A DNA stretch of 64,000 nt, taken from positions 1-64,000 of the forward strand of contig JBALDB010000011.1 in NCBI GenBank assembly GCA_036918135.1, in the 5' to 3' direction. Position 1 is the first letter of the stretch. The number at the start of each line of letters is the position of its first letter. Source of the DNA: Nostoc sp. Its GTDB lineage: Bacteria; Cyanobacteriota; Cyanobacteriia; Cyanobacteriales; Nostocaceae. The notes below the pieces were generated by a model. It was not told where the DNA came from and made no database searches. It saw only the letters and a program-made list of their open reading frames with translations. The translations under genes were made by a program, and so were the position numbers. Below are positions 61,727 to 64,000 of this stretch, piece by piece.

Positions 61727-62941
61727 ATGACAAAAAAATGGCTTTCTATCGTCGGTATTGGGGAAGATGGGTTACAGGGGTTAAGCGCGATCGCTCTTTC
61801 TTTAATTGCTCAAGCTAAAGTAATTGTGGGAGGCGATCGCCATTTAGCAATGCTGCCTTTAGATGACCAACGTGAGAAAATAGTCTGGACATCTCCTATC
61901 GGTAATTCTGTAGAGCAAATCATCAAGCGTCGCGGTGAGTCAATTTGCGTACTTGCCAGCGGCGATCCTATGTGTTACGGCATTGGTGTCACCTTAGGGC
62001 GGCGAATTCCCATTTCCGAAATGACGATTATTCCCGCACCTTCAGCCTTCAGCCTCGCCTGTGCCAGGGTGGGATGGTCTTTAACTGAGGTAGAAACCTT
62101 GAGTTTGAATGGTCGTCCATCCTCCCTGCTCCAATCTTACATTTATCCAGGAGCTAAGCTGTTAATTTTAAGCGAAGGGAAGGACACACCCGCCATTGTT
62201 AGCGAAATTTTGACAAATCGCGGCTATGGTGGCAGCAAAATCACCGTCTTGGAGCGTATGGGCGGCATTCATGAAAGAATTATCGAAGGTACGGCTGCAT
62301 CGTGGAGTCAAATTGAAGTTGCAGCTTTGAATGCGATCGCAGTTAATTGTATTGCCGATGCTGGGGTTATCCCTTTGCCAAGATTACCAGGATTACCAGA
62401 TAACGCCTACCACCACGATGGACAGTTAACCAAGTGTGAAGTTAGAGCAATCACTCTTGCAGCTTTGGCACTGACACCTGGACAACTGTTATGGGATGTG
62501 GGCGCGGGTTGCGGTTCAATTTCTATTGAATGGATGCGGAGCCATCCTCGGTGTCGGGCAATGGCGATCGAGCAAAATTCCTCTAGACTACTATATATTG
62601 CTGATAATGCCGCTACTCTCGGTACTCCAAATCTGCAAATCATTGCAGGTAAAGCGCCCGATGCCCTAAAAGATTTGCCGACACCGGATGCCATTTTTAT
62701 TGGTGGTGGGGTAACAGCAACCGGACTTTTTGATGTTTGCTGGGAAGCACTGCGGCCGGGGGGACGTTTGGTGGCAAATGTGGTGACGGTGGAAGGCGAG
62801 CAAACTTTATTTCAATGGCACGAACGAGTCGGTGGCGATTTAACTCGTATTGCCATTCAGCGAGCGGAACCTATTGGTAAATTTTTGGGCTGGCGAGGAA
62901 TGACACCTGTGACGCAATGGATAGCTGTAAAGTCTAATTAG
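61727..62941 (+). CDS. cbiE: Precorrin-6Y C5,15-methyltransferase (decarboxylating), CbiE/CbiT (CobL) fusion
   Basis: IVGIGEDG, LASGDP, GQLTK.EVR, LWDVGAGCGSISIEW. Confidence 0.93.
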   Translation: MTKKWLSIVGIGEDGLQGLSAIALSLIAQAKVIVGGDRHLAMLPLDDQREKIVWTSPIGNSVEQIIKRRGESICVLASGDPMCYGIGVTLGRRIPISEMTIIPAPSAFSLACARVGWSLTEVETLSLNGRPSSLLQSYIYPGAKLLILSEGKDTPAIVSEILTNRGYGGSKITVLERMGGIHERIIEGTAASWSQIEVAALNAIAVNCIADAGVIPLPRLPGLPDNAYHHDGQLTKCEVRAITLAALALTPGQLLWDVGAGCGSISIEWMRSHPRCRAMAIEQNSSRLLYIADNAATLGTPNLQIIAGKAPDALKDLPTPDAIFIGGGVTATGLFDVCWEALRPGGRLVANVVTVEGEQTLFQWHERVGGDLTRIAIQRAEPIGKFLGWRGMTPVTQWIAVKSN

Positions 62942-63070
62942 GATTAATGATACAAAAGTGTATGGGGCATTTTGGGAAGTGTAAATGCAGTCATGTGAAA
63001 GGCTCCCAATAGCTTGTGTTACAATTTAATTGCTTGTAAAGCAAAAATATTGAACAATAGAGAGAAAAAC

Positions 63071-63562
63071 ATTATCGCAATCCAAAAGCAACAAATTAAC
63101 TCGCAAATCAAGTCCCCTCAAGTGTTCCTAATCGACCATGAGAATAACAATCGCGGTCTGACCGACACACGTGAGGCTCTACAGCTAGCCCAGAGCGTAG
63201 AACTTGACTTAGTTGTAGTCTCCGAAGGCAAAGAAGCTCCCGTAGCGAAGATCCTCAACTATGGCAAGTTTCAGTATCAAAAGAAAAAGCGTCAGACACA
63301 GAGTGCTAGACCAACAGTAAAAGAAGTCCGGCTGCGTCCTAACGTGGGAGCGGCTGATTACAATTTACGCATCCAGCAAGCGGTTGGTTGGTTAAGTAAA
63401 GGCGACTCAGTGAAGTTTGTTATTCGTTTACGAGGTCGCGAAAATCAATATCGCGAACAAGCTGGAGAAATGCTAGAGCGGATTGTAAATGCTCTGAGCG
63501 AAGTAGGTAAAGTCCATACCCTTGATAAACGCTCATTGGTTGCTCAACTAGTTCCAGCCTAA
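63071..63562 (+). CDS. infC: Translation initiation factor IF-3 (probable ATT start)
   Basis: INSQI....VFLID, LDLVVV, PVAKILNYGKF.Y, VKEVRLRP, RGRE; no in-frame ATG at the 5' end. Confidence 0.88.
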   Translation: MIAIQKQQINSQIKSPQVFLIDHENNNRGLTDTREALQLAQSVELDLVVVSEGKEAPVAKILNYGKFQYQKKKRQTQSARPTVKEVRLRPNVGAADYNLRIQQAVGWLSKGDSVKFVIRLRGRENQYREQAGEMLERIVNALSEVGKVHTLDKRSLVAQLVPA

Positions 63563-63590
63563 ATTATATTTTCCAAAGATATCTTAAATT

Positions 63591-63636
63591 CTGTGGTGCG
63601 CTTCGGCTTTTGGCTTGAGCGCACCACAGCTTTTTG
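63591..63636 (+). terminator. Intrinsic terminator after infC
   Basis: CTGTGGTGCGCT...AGCGCACCACAG followed by CTTTTT. Confidence 0.8.
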
Positions 63637-63684
63637 GGGAGAAGCGATCCTTTATGAGACTCCTACCGCCTGAAGGGGTGAGAT

Positions 63685-64000
63685 TCATCAAACAATTGTG
63701 GAAGGTACTGCTGCATCTTAGAGTAAAACTGAAGTTGCAGCTTTGAATGCGATCGCAGTTGATTGTATTGCCGATGCTGAGGTTATCTCTTTACCAAGAT
63801 TACCAGGATTATCAAATAACTCCTACCACGATTGACAGTTAACCAAGCGTGAAGTTAGAGGAATCACTTTTGCAGTTTTGACACTGACACCGCGACAATT
63901 GTTGTGGGATAGTCGGCATGGGTTGCGGTTCAATTTCTATTGAATGGATGCAAACTCATCCCCAATGTCAGCTGGTGGCGAGGAATGGCGGGGGTGACGC
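63685..64000 (+). pseudogene. Degenerate partial duplicate of cbiET
   Basis: Aligns by eye to about 62270-62556, with stops and indels, then jumps to the about 62889-62915 segment. Confidence 0.85.

Noticed and set aside
8225..62694. Numerous short antisense or alternate-frame ORFs inside long genes
   Set aside because: They are shadow ORFs fully overlapping well-supported CDSs.

Overview
Chromosomal segment of a heterocyst-forming (Nostocales-like) cyanobacterium, judged from frequent HIP1 octamers (GCGATCGC), 7-mer STRR tracts and small dispersed palindromic repeats. About 50 genes are present. Housekeeping genes include hpt, cobA/hemD, coaE, tldD, hisS, aroA, pbpC with an alpha-2-macroglobulin, ureEFG, amt, ispH, cbiET and infC. 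Three regions stand out. (1) A small uncharacterised helical protein gene is followed by a terminator-like hairpin and a 12 x 21-bp array in which each unit holds a short inverted repeat. Two more arrays of unrelated sequence but the same 21-bp period lie next to gene remnants. (2) A co-oriented biosynthetic cluster at 39.5-47 kb encodes a RibA-RibD-reductase fusion, an MDR dehydrogenase, a Cys-less PTPS/QueD-like protein, a GT4 glycosyltransferase, two methyltransferases and a sugar-binding protein; its GTP-derived product is unknown. (3) A red-chlorophyll-catabolite-reductase-like gene clusters with an atypical C-N hydrolase, an aldehyde dehydrogenase, a beta-barrel protein and an ICL/PEP-mutase-family lyase, suggesting a possible tetrapyrrole catabolic route. 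Several gene relics are also visible (GNAT with a nonsense codon, internally deleted nifJ fragment, DUF3368 tail, Hpt domain cut off a hybrid kinase, partial cbiET duplicate), plus a 3-copy TATAGC/GCTATA-bounded MITE. No CRISPR, rRNA or tRNA was recognised. All family calls come from motif recognition by eye, not database searches.
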